Source: Phoronis australis (Eukaryota > Animalia > Phoronida). From it: 64,000 bases of DNA. The stretch spans positions 522,835 through 586,834 of the forward strand of contig NMRA01000114.1 in the NCBI GenBank assembly GCA_002633005.1. Direction: 5' to 3'. The notes under the pieces are model-generated. The model was not told where the DNA came from. It saw nothing but the letters and a program-made list of their open reading frames with translations, and did no database searches. Positions 27,701 to 39,200 of the stretch are shown one piece after another. Each line of letters begins with the position of its first letter. The stretch's first letter is position 1. Position numbers and translations under genes: made by a program.

Positions 27701-30689
27701 NNNNNNNNNNNNNNNNNNNNNNNNNNNNNNNNNNNNNNNNNNNNNNNNNNNNNNNNNNNNNNNNNNNNNNNNNNNNNNNNNNNNNNNNNNNNNNNNNNNN
27801 NNNNNNNNNNNNNNNNNNNNNNNNNNNNNNNNNNNNNNNNNNNNNNNNNNNNNNNNNNNNNNNNNNNNNNNNNNNNNNNNNNNNNNNNNNNNNNNNNNNN
27901 NNNNNNNNNNNNNNNNNNNNNNNNNNNNNNNNNNNNNNNNNNNNNNNNNNNNNNNNNNNNNNNNNNNNNNNNNNNNNNNNNNNNNNNNNNNNNNNNNNNN
28001 NNNNNNNNNNNNNNNNNNNNNNNNNNNNNNNNNNNNNNNNNNNNNNNNNNNNNNNNNNNNNNNNNNNNNNNNNNNNNNNNNNNNNNNNNNNNNNNNNNNN
28101 NNNNNNNNNNNNNNNNNNNNNNNNNNNNNNNNNNNNNNNNNNNNNNNNNNNGGGGCCCCGAGTCTTTCTATGCATTGGGGGCTCGTTAATTAAGAACCAG
28201 GCTAGAATCCAGGGATGTGGAGCACTCACCTCTTATTGACATTGATTTATTCTTCCTTAATTTGTTGAAAACATGATTAAACTTTTTGTTTGATAGCTTG
28301 ATACAGTCACTTATAGTGTTGAAACAATCTCCTTTCTTCAGGTGTGCAGCTATGTAGAAAAACTCCGAGAGACAAAACTAACAAACAAATCAAAACACTA
28401 GCTATATTTCGAGACTGCATGTCTTGTCATCAGACAATAAGTAGAACGACGACTCTGTATTAAGCTTTCAAACAAAAAGATTAGTTGTGTTTTCAACGAA
28501 GTTTGTGTTAATGATGGGATGCTACTGAACTATACTGATTTCCTTAATTATAGGTGTGTGTCAAAATCTTATTTTTTTCAGTCAAAATTGAATGGATGAA
28601 ATGAAATTCATGGAGGACCTTGTTCTCAATGTCATGGGACTTATTTTTGTAAAATTCTAAAAGCTAAGTTTTTATTCTTGTGACCATGATGTTTGATGGC
28701 AATCCACTGAATGTTCACTTGTCTGATTACAGGGCTTCAAACGTGCTGCCATCTATAGGGCTATCATCCCCAAAATGGTTGCTGGCGTCGCCGTAACATA
28801 CCTAATAGCGTACCACCTCCGCCACGCTCCGAACACATGGGAGACAAACTCTGGATGGAATATCACGATGACGAAGAAACCAGTATTCAGTCGAGTACGT
28901 AGTGGACTGTATGCAATATTTTCACTATTTCAGAACATGCACTGTTGTGAATGGGAGGCAGGGGGACTCACATGAATGGGGGGAGGGGACTCACATGAAT
29001 GGGGCGAGGGGTAGTAGGGTGTAAGTATTGGCAGTTGTGTACTCATGTGAATCGTTTCCTTGCATGTGTTCATCCGTTTATACCTTGGGTTTGTGAAATA
29101 AGCACCTTGGGAACTCACGACAACACTGCATGGAATTTAAACAAGCGTTCCAAATTGCAAACAATAGTTTCATAGTTTGATCATTATAGAGAATGGGTGT
29201 ACATTGATTAAAGATTTTTTTTCATTTCAAATGAGTTGGAACATTTGAGCAAAGGGAATAATTTTAAAACAGTCTATTGGTACATTTTTTTTTGTAATTT
29301 GGAAATTTGTTTTAATCTTTTTTCACTGTTGCAAACTTAACTGTGTTTGGTTAGGATATCTGTACGTTTTTTATTTACAGCGATAATATGTTATTGTAAC
29401 TGACCTTATCAATTGCTAGTTTCAACAAACGCCATTAAGCTGTGCCCACCATGATTACCTTTATGAAGTCTTACAAGTGTAAAGCAAATGTGGAAAAAAA
29501 TCCCCTCTACACCTACTACAATAACAAATTCTTTTTGATGTCTTTGCAATCCCAGTGATATTTCAATGGTACTGTTACCAACATGGCACTACACAGTCCA
29601 CTTGCCTTTGAGCCCATTCATAGATAGCACTAACCCATTCATATCAACGGAGGTTCATTCAGTTGTTAGATCCGTTCAAAGTGTTTGTTCATCTGATCGT
29701 GAGGTATACTGCATGCTATTGTAACCCTCTATCAATTTTTCATGTTCGCCATCTGTAATAGTTCTAAAACCATTGGTCAAAAGGAAAACCCATCATTCTG
29801 TTTTTGCTGGCAACAAATGTTTGCGCGTCAAGTTGTAGGACGACTGAACTGGTTACATTTTTCCCTGTGCCCGATTTTTAAGGAATGCGACTAGCTCGAC
29901 ATGTTGGAACTATCCAGTGCCTTGAATTTTCAGTATTAAATAATCGTTTGATTTTTTAAAATATACTCTGCCATTATCGATTTCTGGTCTCACTTGAGTG
30001 ATACACAACCACATTTTAAACTCTTTTTACATTTCACAAGTCTTATTTAAAGACGTAAAAAAATATTACGACATAAATGTTGAGTGACACTTCTCTCATT
30101 GTCATACGTTGATGATATTCTCCAGAGCATTCTTTTGCTTTTCTGCTATGGTAACTGTTTTATTTGTTATGTAATTTTAATGAAGTGAATGACTTAACAC
30201 TATACCACTCACCAACATTCTCACATTGTCTTCTTTTTCTCCCCATTGCATAAATTAATTTCTTCTCTAGTGAAAACCAATTTTGTGATTTCATATCGCT
30301 ACCAGAAAACGTGTTGCTAATGGGCGACTTTAAATTTACCAGGTGGCAAGCTTTTAGGTAGTTGCATAGGCCCACAAGCTCATTAGCGCCACCTAGTGAA
30401 TGTAGTCACAGTAGGCCCACAAGCTCATGAAGTACTTCGTGCTCTGTCTATTCAGGAGCTACTCATTAGCGCCACCAAGTGAATATAAAGTCAGAGTTGG
30501 CCTGTTGTCTAGTGGAAATGTACCATATTCTAAAACATCAACAATGACATGAAAGTTAACATAGAAAGAAACCTGACGCTTATTTGTTTTGTATTTCAGA
30601 GTCACCCTGACACACAAGAAATCACACAAAAAGAATCTTGGGAATTCTACGATAGAGGTTTTTCAAAACGCAAGGCACTTTTAGAATAG
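24796..30689 (+). CDS. NDUFB6: NADH dehydrogenase (ubiquinone) 1 beta subcomplex subunit 6 (B17)
   Basis: Exons 24796-25113, 26335-26496 (duplicated at 28733-28894) and 30600-30689 splice in frame. Motifs: ERQRLAGMTDADRALRKQWLADQVLSPNEP, one TM segment (MVAGVAVTYLIAYHL), WETNSGW..TKKPVF and FYDRGFSKR. The start lies in a YY1-like CAAGATGGCGG context. AATAAA is at about 30954. Confidence 0.9.
25330..25611. repeat. Two-copy tandem repeat, unit about 141 bp, in NDUFB6 intron 1
   Basis: CGCACAAAATAGGGGACC...TTGGGGACATCT at 25330-25471 and 25472-25611. Confidence 0.9.
25754..29871. repeat. Direct duplication (25754-27468 vs 28152-29871) containing NDUFB6 exon 2; likely uncollapsed haplotypes
   Basis: The copies flank gap 27469-28151. 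The two exon 2 copies encode the same peptide (CCT AAG vs CCC AAA). Confidence 0.85.
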
Positions 30690-32094
30690 TCACTATCCAA
30701 CCAATATAGACTGTCAAATGGAAGTATTTATTGATGCCAATATTTCAGTGTTCACAGAGTTGAGGGATTGCTTGTCTAAACAGGCATTTACACTGGACTT
30801 GCGTGACATAAATCGTGACTATACGGTTCTACTGTGTATGAATTGGTGGACATCTGACTAGGAATGCCTGTAGCAGTTCTTGATAAATGTGCGTTACGCC
30901 TGTACTAGTTTGTTAAAATGTGATGTGTTGATTAAGAGAATGACATTCTTCCAAATAAACAATGGTTTATTAAACATTTTAGTTACACTACGATTTCGAT
31001 AATTGTGTGAATGTACAAAACAAGAATTTTATACATAACAACCCCAGTCGATTTATCTTGAGGGTTTCAAGCACTTCAAATTACCACTGCATGGTGGAAT
31101 ATTGAAATGACTGCAAAAGGTCGAGGAATACCTGGACAAAAAGTAGTTTCATTTATAACCCACTGTCCTTGTCCAGTCCAGCAACAGCCATCTACTCACA
31201 ATTCAAAAATCAGTTTTGTTTTCTCTTCGTGGCTCTCTAAAAGTTTGCTCGAAAATGTCACGCCAGCGAATCCTCAATGATTTTAGGAAATGGCAGAGCA
31301 TGCAGATTGGTAGATATCTCATTCTCTGACTTCTGACTTACTTCTGAAATTATTCCTTGCAACCACGGTAGAATTACATGCACTAAATGAAATCAGGACT
31401 CGACAAACATCCAAGTCCTGATCTTTTCTACTGCGTGTAATTCCACCTTAGTTATAACCAAATATCATTGCAATACAGACCTAGAAGGTCCCTTGATGTC
31501 TAATGCCGCATCACTCAACACAAGACAATGTTTGCTAGATCAATGAATCACTTAATGCTAAAATTACACAGAGTCTACATTGTCCTTCACACATTTCATG
31601 CATAATACAGAACATTCTTGGATGATCCCTAATTATTCACGCTCGCAGCTGATCCACTGCTGTTCATTCCTCGTGTATTACAAAGCACAGCAAAAGTATC
31701 CAGACAAAATGACCCAGAATTCCCCACCACGACAGTATCACAGCCAGAGTAGTTTCCATGGTGACTGAGAATGAATGGGAGTTTATAAGGTGGCTAAGCC
31801 TTTCTGTAATTAGAATTTTGAATTCGCTGTAACGATAAAGTAATGGTGCTTTGACTGATGTCTTGCACTGTGTGTGCTGTAAAAACAGGAAAATTAGACA
31901 AGGGGCACACCTACAGAGATCGTGCTAGTGTGAGATGACTTGTTTAATGCAAGGTCTTGGGTTACGCAAGTAGGTTTACACAACACACGCACGCAGAAAA
32001 TGGTCACCACTGCTACACTGCATGGTTGAATTGTTGAACAAAACTTAAACACCAGGACCAATTAATATTTCTAAAGTACATTGGATTTGGCAAC

Positions 32095-32608
32095 TGTCAC
32101 TTACACAGGTCCCAAACTTTGAGAACCTGTGGTGCATGTTATTCAGTGCAGAAAACTGGTTCTCAAAATACGGGACTCCTGTAAGTGAATGTTTCATTAC
32201 AAGCAGCAAAAAGGCAAAGGCCAGATGTCTGGAAAGTGTCGAGGGGACAGCAATAGCAGCGAACCAGTCATCAGTTGTGTGGAAGGCAGCAAGGGGATGC
32301 CAATACCAGTGGATCACTCATCAGTTGTGTGGAAGGTGGTGAGGGAACGCCAATGCCAGTTGACCACTCATCAGTTGCTACTCAGCCATCCTCTACACAA
32401 AACATTCACGGTCTGCAGAAATGTATATGTTGAGATTTCTCACTATGTCTCCTGACTGATTACTTCACACAACCCCGAGTTAAAGAACTAACTGTGTATT
32501 ACTACTTTTCAGATATAAAGTACCCGCATTTTGAGAACCAGTTTTCTCCACTGAATAACATGCATCAAACTGGTTCTCAAAATGCAGGCACATTATATCC
32601 GACTGACA
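32095..32608. mobile_element. Probable MITE: about 95-bp inverted arms with TGTCA...TGACA ends and an internal minisatellite
   Basis: 32095-32189 is the diverged reverse complement of about 32507-32608. Each arm is itself palindromic (TTTGAGAACC...GGTTCTCAAAA). About 49-bp CATCAGTTGTGTGGAAGG units lie inside. No TSD found. Confidence 0.6.
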
Positions 32609-33110
32609 TATGCAACAACAACATAAACTTGCAGTTCAATTGTGAATGAAGAACTGTCTCCCCATCCAGGCCCAGAATAAGAAGAAGATTACCACAGGCA
32701 GTGTGACGATACACAGCATCAAATAATACAAAAACATATTCTAAACTTCTAAGGACTGGTCTCCAATGACAATCTTAGTCTCAGCAGAGTCCCAATGCCA
32801 ATTGGCAATACTCTTTGAGCAGCCAAACAAAACTATACAAGAGGCTACACAATACACTGTACAGGCACCAATACTTATGATGATCCTCAACTCAGAAGAT
32901 TTTTCTTTAACTTTCCACAAGACAAAATGTTTCGTTTGCCTAATTAACCAAAACGTTTTACTGCAAGACCAAAACAATAGGACTTGGCAAAATTAACCAA
33001 CACAGTGTTAATTTTCAAGAAACACCACTCAATAGAAGAAGTCCAGCTTGTCACGGTTACCACAAAATACTGATATCGTAAACGGAATGTCACGATTCAT
33101 ACACCCAATA

Positions 33111-33518
33111 CTACTCTCCACTCTCCATTGTCTCTTCGGTGTCGGGAGATGGTAAACACGTGGCCACAATATTCAACAGTTCGTCAATCTGCTCTTCTGT
33201 CAATCGTTCTTCACTCTCTTCCACCAGCAACTGAATCTCCACCGCTGTCGTCGGTTTTTGATTCAGAATCTGTAACTTCTCCGCTTTGGTCAACTTGAAC
33301 GGTTCCAAACTTTTCATCAGTTTCCGCACCTGGTCGCTATCCTGGTACTTGCACGCCGTGTTCTCCAGGTACTTGGTTGTCTCGTACGAGATGGTCGCTA
33401 GATTCTGTTGCTTCTTTGTCGGCTTCTTCAACCCTTTCTGTCCACTCTGTAAGTCCTTGAGGAGGGTCAATACCTCATAGTTGCTGAGCATAGCAGCATG
33501 ATCGTTCACGACTTCCAT
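33111..33518 (-). CDS. CRCP: DNA-directed RNA polymerase III subunit RPC9 (CGRP receptor component protein), single coding exon
   Basis: MEVVNDHAAMLSNYEVLTLL...NLATISYETTKYL...FKLTKAEKLQILN.KPTTAVEIQLLVEESEERLTEEQIDELL is the Rpb4/RPC9-family signature. The ATG at 33518 follows a splice acceptor (TTTAATTTCAG) about 16 nt upstream. Confidence 0.93.
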   Translation of the reverse strand: MEVVNDHAAMLSNYEVLTLLKDLQSGQKGLKKPTKKQQNLATISYETTKYLENTACKYQDSDQVRKLMKSLEPFKLTKAEKLQILNQKPTTAVEIQLLVEESEERLTEEQIDELLNIVATCLPSPDTEETMESGE

Positions 33519-35032
33519 GTAGAATAAGACTCGACTGAAATTAAACACAAAACGTTACAAACAGGGTTCATACACGTTAGTTAAAACAGCAATGCTATAA
33601 ACACATCTTCCATCACAAAAACAACAGTTCTTTTACACCACTTGGCGTAATTTGAAGGCAACGTCAGGGCTTCAAAAGATGTGGCCTCTACAACTTGGCT
33701 TCACACGTCACGCCATTTTATGAGCTGCACATAGTCTTAAGGAATAACAAACTGTTAGTTCTATGCAACCTAGAAATCACTTCACATGTGAAGAGTAAGG
33801 AACAAGTTGAGATCAACTTCATTATGATAAATGGCCTAAATCACAAGTTTGCTTCTTGGACAGAAAGTGGGTCAACAACCGGTTTAATGAAAATGTTAGT
33901 CTATTATATTATCTTGGTTTGTGGAGGGTGCAAAGTTCGGAGTACATGACCGCCCATAATGCATTCAGAATTACAATTAGTCACACTGTTAACATGTTAC
34001 AAGACGTATGTTCAGATATGGAAAGCCTAACTCATATCTCTGATGTGTGATCTCATCTTATTCATACAGCAGTCTACATATGCAAGTTGTTTTTTAAAAT
34101 AACCGACTATTTAAAAAATTACAGTACAGTCAAAACTCGGAACTCACAGTAAATCACCTGAAAATCAGCCACACCATCTTGCTTCATACTCTCCATCAAA
34201 TTTTTAAAACTTACCGGTATTTGTACTAGGCTACAAAACTCACATACTAACCGTAATACCCTTGTCCAGTCAAGTAGTACTATTTGCCAGCGTGGAAACT
34301 TGCTCTTTACGCAGTTTCTCGAGATATCGCTTGGCGTGATCCTGTCCCCCTATGATGGTGTAGACCCACGCTAAGATGACAACAGCTAGCAATAACTGAA
34401 ATATCAAATGACAACGTGTATTGTTCTTACTGATTTCGGATGCAGCACTAAATACATGTCATCCCCGCTTATCCATCAAGTTTGGAGAGTAGAGGAGGCC
34501 CAGAGTCCTCCAGGCTCCAAATCTGTCAGTTCTGAATCCTTTAAAAGACAGTACGGACCTTTCATGCCAAGAATTTTACGATGACATTCGGCTTACCTCA
34601 AAATCCAACTGCTGTCTTGTAGTTTGGTAATTGGCTCAATTATGTTGCATACTCAGCAGAATTAACAGGGAACATATTGCAACACTGAACAAATATTTTA
34701 CGTAGTAAAAGTCACACTTCTTGTGTAATTTTCAAAATTCAAAAACCTAATCACGTGTGGTTTTCATGAACTATTCAAATATGCTATTTACAAACTTTTA
34801 AAACGAAAATGTAAAAATACCACTGTCGCCTCTACTGTGTTTACAATGGTGTCGTTACCAAGACAGAACAACAACATCAGCAGCATAAAGCAATTTAATT
34901 AACCACAAAAACACGTTTTGACCTGTACCAGTAAATTCTGTGGTGCGCAAACCTATCGAGTTGCCACATCTCGACCAGTTAGGGTGTCAATTTAGGATTC
35001 TTTTCATATGATTAAGGTCGCTTATCACTTAC

Positions 35033-35215
35033 TCGCGTGAAAGGTTGATTTCAGCGTCTGCAAAGCACAGACAGCTCGTTATTCCTCGAGACCATGGTCA
35101 GCAAACAAAATGCCACGCCGTGACTAGCGATCTTTTAGAGCCTTGATCTCAAGCAATAAGGATCTGGCAGCTCTTTCCAAATCCAGAAATCACCTCTCAG
35201 TGACTAAGGGATAAT
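35033..35215 (-). promoter_or_regulatory. Candidate promoter and 5' leader exon upstream of CRCP, with a short uORF (35095-35051)
   Basis: GTAAGTGA donor after 35033, a YY1-like GGCATTTT motif, and clear homology to 50055-50262. Confidence 0.5.
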
Positions 35216-35431
35216 TTGTTTTTTGTCAGTTTAAAGCCGGTTTAAGGCATTTCTTGGGTTCCAAGCCGCTTCAGTTTATACATGTGGCTATAAAAAAGAC
35301 ACAAACAAGGCTCTCGTGAGTTGCACTCCTGTGTTTCGTGCCATGGGTCTGACTGTGTGGCCTGTGCACATCTAATGCATTGCAGAAGGCAGCAGACTAC
35401 GCTTCAATATTTTTTAATTTTTTTTTAATTT

Positions 35432-35657
35432 AATATGTGTTGCAGAATGACTATTCTTGTCAAATGCAAACAGAATATGTATCTTTCACATTATAAATAG
35501 GAAATTGTTTAATTTCACTATTCAACAATAGGTGTCGTTTTTGTAATTTAACATGCGCTGCAGAATGACCATTCTTGTCAACTGCAAAGAACAGAATATG
35601 CATGTTTCACATTATAAATAGGACATTGTTTAATTTCAATATTCAACAATAGGTGTC
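35432..35657. repeat. Two-copy tandem repeat, unit about 118 bp
   Basis: TGCAGAATGAC.ATTCTTGTCAA...ATTCAACAATAGGTGTC occurs twice in succession. Confidence 0.85.
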
Positions 35658-36242
35658 CTTGTTGACCACATTGTGAAGGAGAAACATCACATGGATAAAC
35701 TATAAAGGTCACCATCTTAATAAATGGGTTTTCAGTGCCAACATGACACCATGTAATTGGTAAATTATCTATCAATCATAATATTAAAAGTGAAGTGGCC
35801 AATTAGGCAGCTACAAACTTAACTTTAAAAAAAAACTGTTTGGTTAAAACTGCAATTGGCTAAAGGCTAAAAACATTCTATAATTTGGCACAAAACAAAT
35901 TAAGTTTTATTTTTAACGACTGATGGACGGCTGATGGACGGTGTACTCAGAGAATAGGATAGTTGTTTGAACAAGTTACCTGTTTGGCTGGGAGTATGAA
36001 GTTTGCATACAAAAGAAGCCATTTATACCCACTGATAAGGCGCATCGTATTTATGCGTGTCCATAGTGTACGATTGTCCAGATAGGATGCTTTCTAGTGC
36101 CTTCTGGGTTCCCAATTATTGCACCTATATTTTTCGTAACAGCATAAAAATAATCCGTTGTTTTTGATTGTGATTCTTGAATTTGGGACAGTCAATTTTG
36201 CCCGTTTTTAAACCTTCAGCAATCTAATTAATTTTACTATAG

Positions 36243-39200
36243 TCCCACACTGGAGATTGTTAAACCAAAATTTTTTATTCAAATGTTTTAGTCGGTTTAG
36301 GCCCATAATTATTTACAATCTCATCGTCCCAATCTTCAACACAAGTTGTCACGCATTAACCCAAAACTCCAACAAAGCAAGGTAAATCTCACTAATTTCG
36401 GATAAAAAATAACTTCCAAAATTCATCTTAGTTACGAATGCCCACAATTTATAAATAGCACAATCTCAGGGTAGTTGTGAAATAGAACTTAAGAATGACA
36501 AACAATTTCTTTAGTTATACTAATATTTTTTACAAAAAATGAAACAATAAAATTTCCCTTTGTGTCCCAAGTTGGCAAATTTTTCCGGAGGAATATAAAA
36601 CAACTTGAGGCAGCATAAGTGAGACACCATTGATATAACTGAAGATCAACACAATTGACCTGGTTGCACTATGAACATACACAGCTGCCACGGGGATGAT
36701 ATTAACCTCGAGGACATGCATCACTATGAACAACTCATAAGACAAAAGTAAAAAATACGCAGTAGTCAGTTAATCTGAGGCTGTATTACTGCTAGCGACT
36801 GGTCCAAGTTGCCTTATTCCAGCATTTCATAAGACGCAATGCAAAACATTTGACGGAAAGATTTGTCAACATCACGTCACGATTTCCTCAAACAGTATTT
36901 TGACATTTAAACCAGAAACCAATTTGTGAAAACCTTAACAATTTTACTTTGCTGACCTAGAAAAAATAATCGGTCAAATGGCAAAACAAGTCACATGACC
37001 ACTGAACCTGGCATTATCACAAAAAAAGTTCATTGGAAAATGAAATGGTGTTCAATTTTGTATAAGTTGGTACTCATTTTTATGTGCCCACATATTTATA
37101 TGTGGACGCATTATGCTGTCATCTCCGTCTGTCTGTCCGTGTGGCGTCTGCTGCTCTATCTCCAAAGCCCTTTGACGTAAGTTCATGAAAGTTTGCATAT
37201 GTACCTTGCATAGATGGGACGGCATGAGCGAACTTTCAGACGGATCCGACTACTGATGTGCCCCCTAGTGGCAATTTTAGTTTTTTACGCTTACCTCTGT
37301 ATCTTCAAAGGTCCTCCACGTATTTTCACAAAATTTGGCATATAGGCATCTATTAGTGAGGTGACGCTATCCTCCTGTTTTTGGATGGAATTGAGGTATT
37401 TTGTGCCACCTAATGGCCAGTTTTTTCTGTTTTAGAGTCCATCCTCTGTCAACCAAACCATTCTAAGAATGATTTTGAAAATTGGCGTACATGTTCTCAG
37501 TGTGAAGGGGACGATTGACGATGACGACTTTGACTGTTGTGGCGCCTCCTAGTGGCAGTTTTGTTTTGAACCCATAGTTCTATCTCCTAAACCCATTGCA
37601 GTATCTTTATTAAACTTAGTAAGTGTTTATATGAAGCTAACAACAGACGACAACGACTTTCAGGTAGATGCAATGTGCCTCCTGGTGGCAATTTCATTTT
37701 TTCCATTTTCATTTGTTTCTCTGAAGTTTCTTGACAGATTTTTATGAATTTAGTAAATAGCCTATTAAAAAAGCAATGACATGTTCCTGTTTTTGGATGG
37801 ATTGGACGTTTTTGCACCATCAAGTGGCCATTTTATGATACAAATAAGCAACCTAATAGCACCCCGTTTGCAGTGCATTCGTGGGCGCATTTCAACACTC
37901 AGCGTTGCTCTTGTTTGCATTTGTGATATAATGATTGGTCAAACTTGCCAGCTGCGACAGTGTTTTTGCATTATTATGGAGCAAACATTCGAAGCTTTAT
38001 AAACATGGAGGCAACGTTCAAACCCCTGCTACACCCTCCTCCGAGGAGGTTGGGAATAGGATTGGATGCAAAAAATAATAGACACAGTTCAATGACCGAA
38101 ACGTCAGAAAATCCATATTGAACGATCTGAGAGCTTATACAGCACTAGGCACCTTACACTCATTACCATTAAACAATAAATAAATTAACAAAATTGCGAA
38201 TTTCCTATATTTTAAAGGTTTACTACCTTCCTGCCCTAATAACAAATTTACCAAACATTGTCGGAAATGAGTCCCTTTTTTACAACTAACCTGCGCCGCA
38301 TCATCCAGACTTGCTAACTAGAGCACTGATGCATCATAGATTACCGGTAGGGTAGAAACTTCGACTCGAGCTCGTCTCGCCCTGTGCCGAAGGTCACAAC
38401 ATGTGATGAAGCTGTGAATCTTTTATTGGGTAGTATGCACGCACAATACAAATACTGCTTCATAAAGAGCACACCAAAAGAGTAGTAATATCCCAGAACA
38501 CATATCTGCCATCTTTTTCGTAACAAAATTAATTTCACAACAAATTCATCCAAACCTGTTGCTTTGTTGTGAATTTTTGGGGTTTTGTTAGTCCATGTGG
38601 TAGAGATCATACTTAAGGTCTGATTGACATGAAATTAACGAAGGATACATAACCCATCATAATAACACAGTACAGTACAGTACAAAGACAGGAATCCCCA
38701 TTGCTTTTTTGTCACGATTATACCCAAGATGGCAGATGNNNNNNNNNNNNNNNNNNNNNNNNNNNNNNNNNNNNNNNNNNNNNNNNNNNNNNNNNNNNNN
38801 NNNNNNNNNNNNNNNNNNNNNNNNNNNNNNNNNNNNNNNNNNNNNNNNNNNNNNNNNNNNNNNNNNNNNNNNNNNNNNNNNNNNNNNNNNNNNNNNNNNN
38901 NNNNNNNNNNNNNNNNNNNNNNNNNNNNNNNNNNNNNNNNNNNNNNNNNNNNNNNNNNNNNNNNNNNNNNNNNNNNNNNNNNNNNNNNNNNNNNNNNNNN
39001 NNNNNNNNNNNNNNNNNNNNNNNNNNNNNNNNNNNNNNNNNNNNNNNNNNNNNNNNNNNNNCATTCCCACACTGGAGATTGTTAAACCAAATTTTTTTAT
39101 TCAAATGTTTTAGTCGGTTTAGGCGCATAATTATTAACAATCTCATCGTCCCAATCTTCAACACAAGTTGTCACGCATCAACCCAAAACTGCAAAAAAGC

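Noticed and set aside
27339-28229. Long ORFs spanning N-runs (also 4607-5051 and 38635-39207)
   Set aside because: They are open only because Ns contain no stop codons.
26335-28894. Duplicated NDUFB6 exon 2 as an alternative exon
   Set aside because: Same peptide, near-identical flanks and a gap between the copies point to haplotypes.
31752-31765. Isolated X-box-like GTTTCCATGGTGAC (similar partial matches near 21834 and 30143)
   Set aside because: Not near a supported ciliary-gene TSS. Such degenerate matches are expected by chance in 64 kb.
32260-32380. CRISPR-like repeat-spacer array
   Set aside because: The units are contiguous, mutually similar tandem repeats inside a MITE in a eukaryotic genome. 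There are no unique spacers and no cas genes.
33519-33548. N-terminal MFNFSRVLFY extension of CRCP in the ORF track
   Set aside because: It overlaps the pyrimidine tract and AG acceptor. The family start is MEV at 33518.
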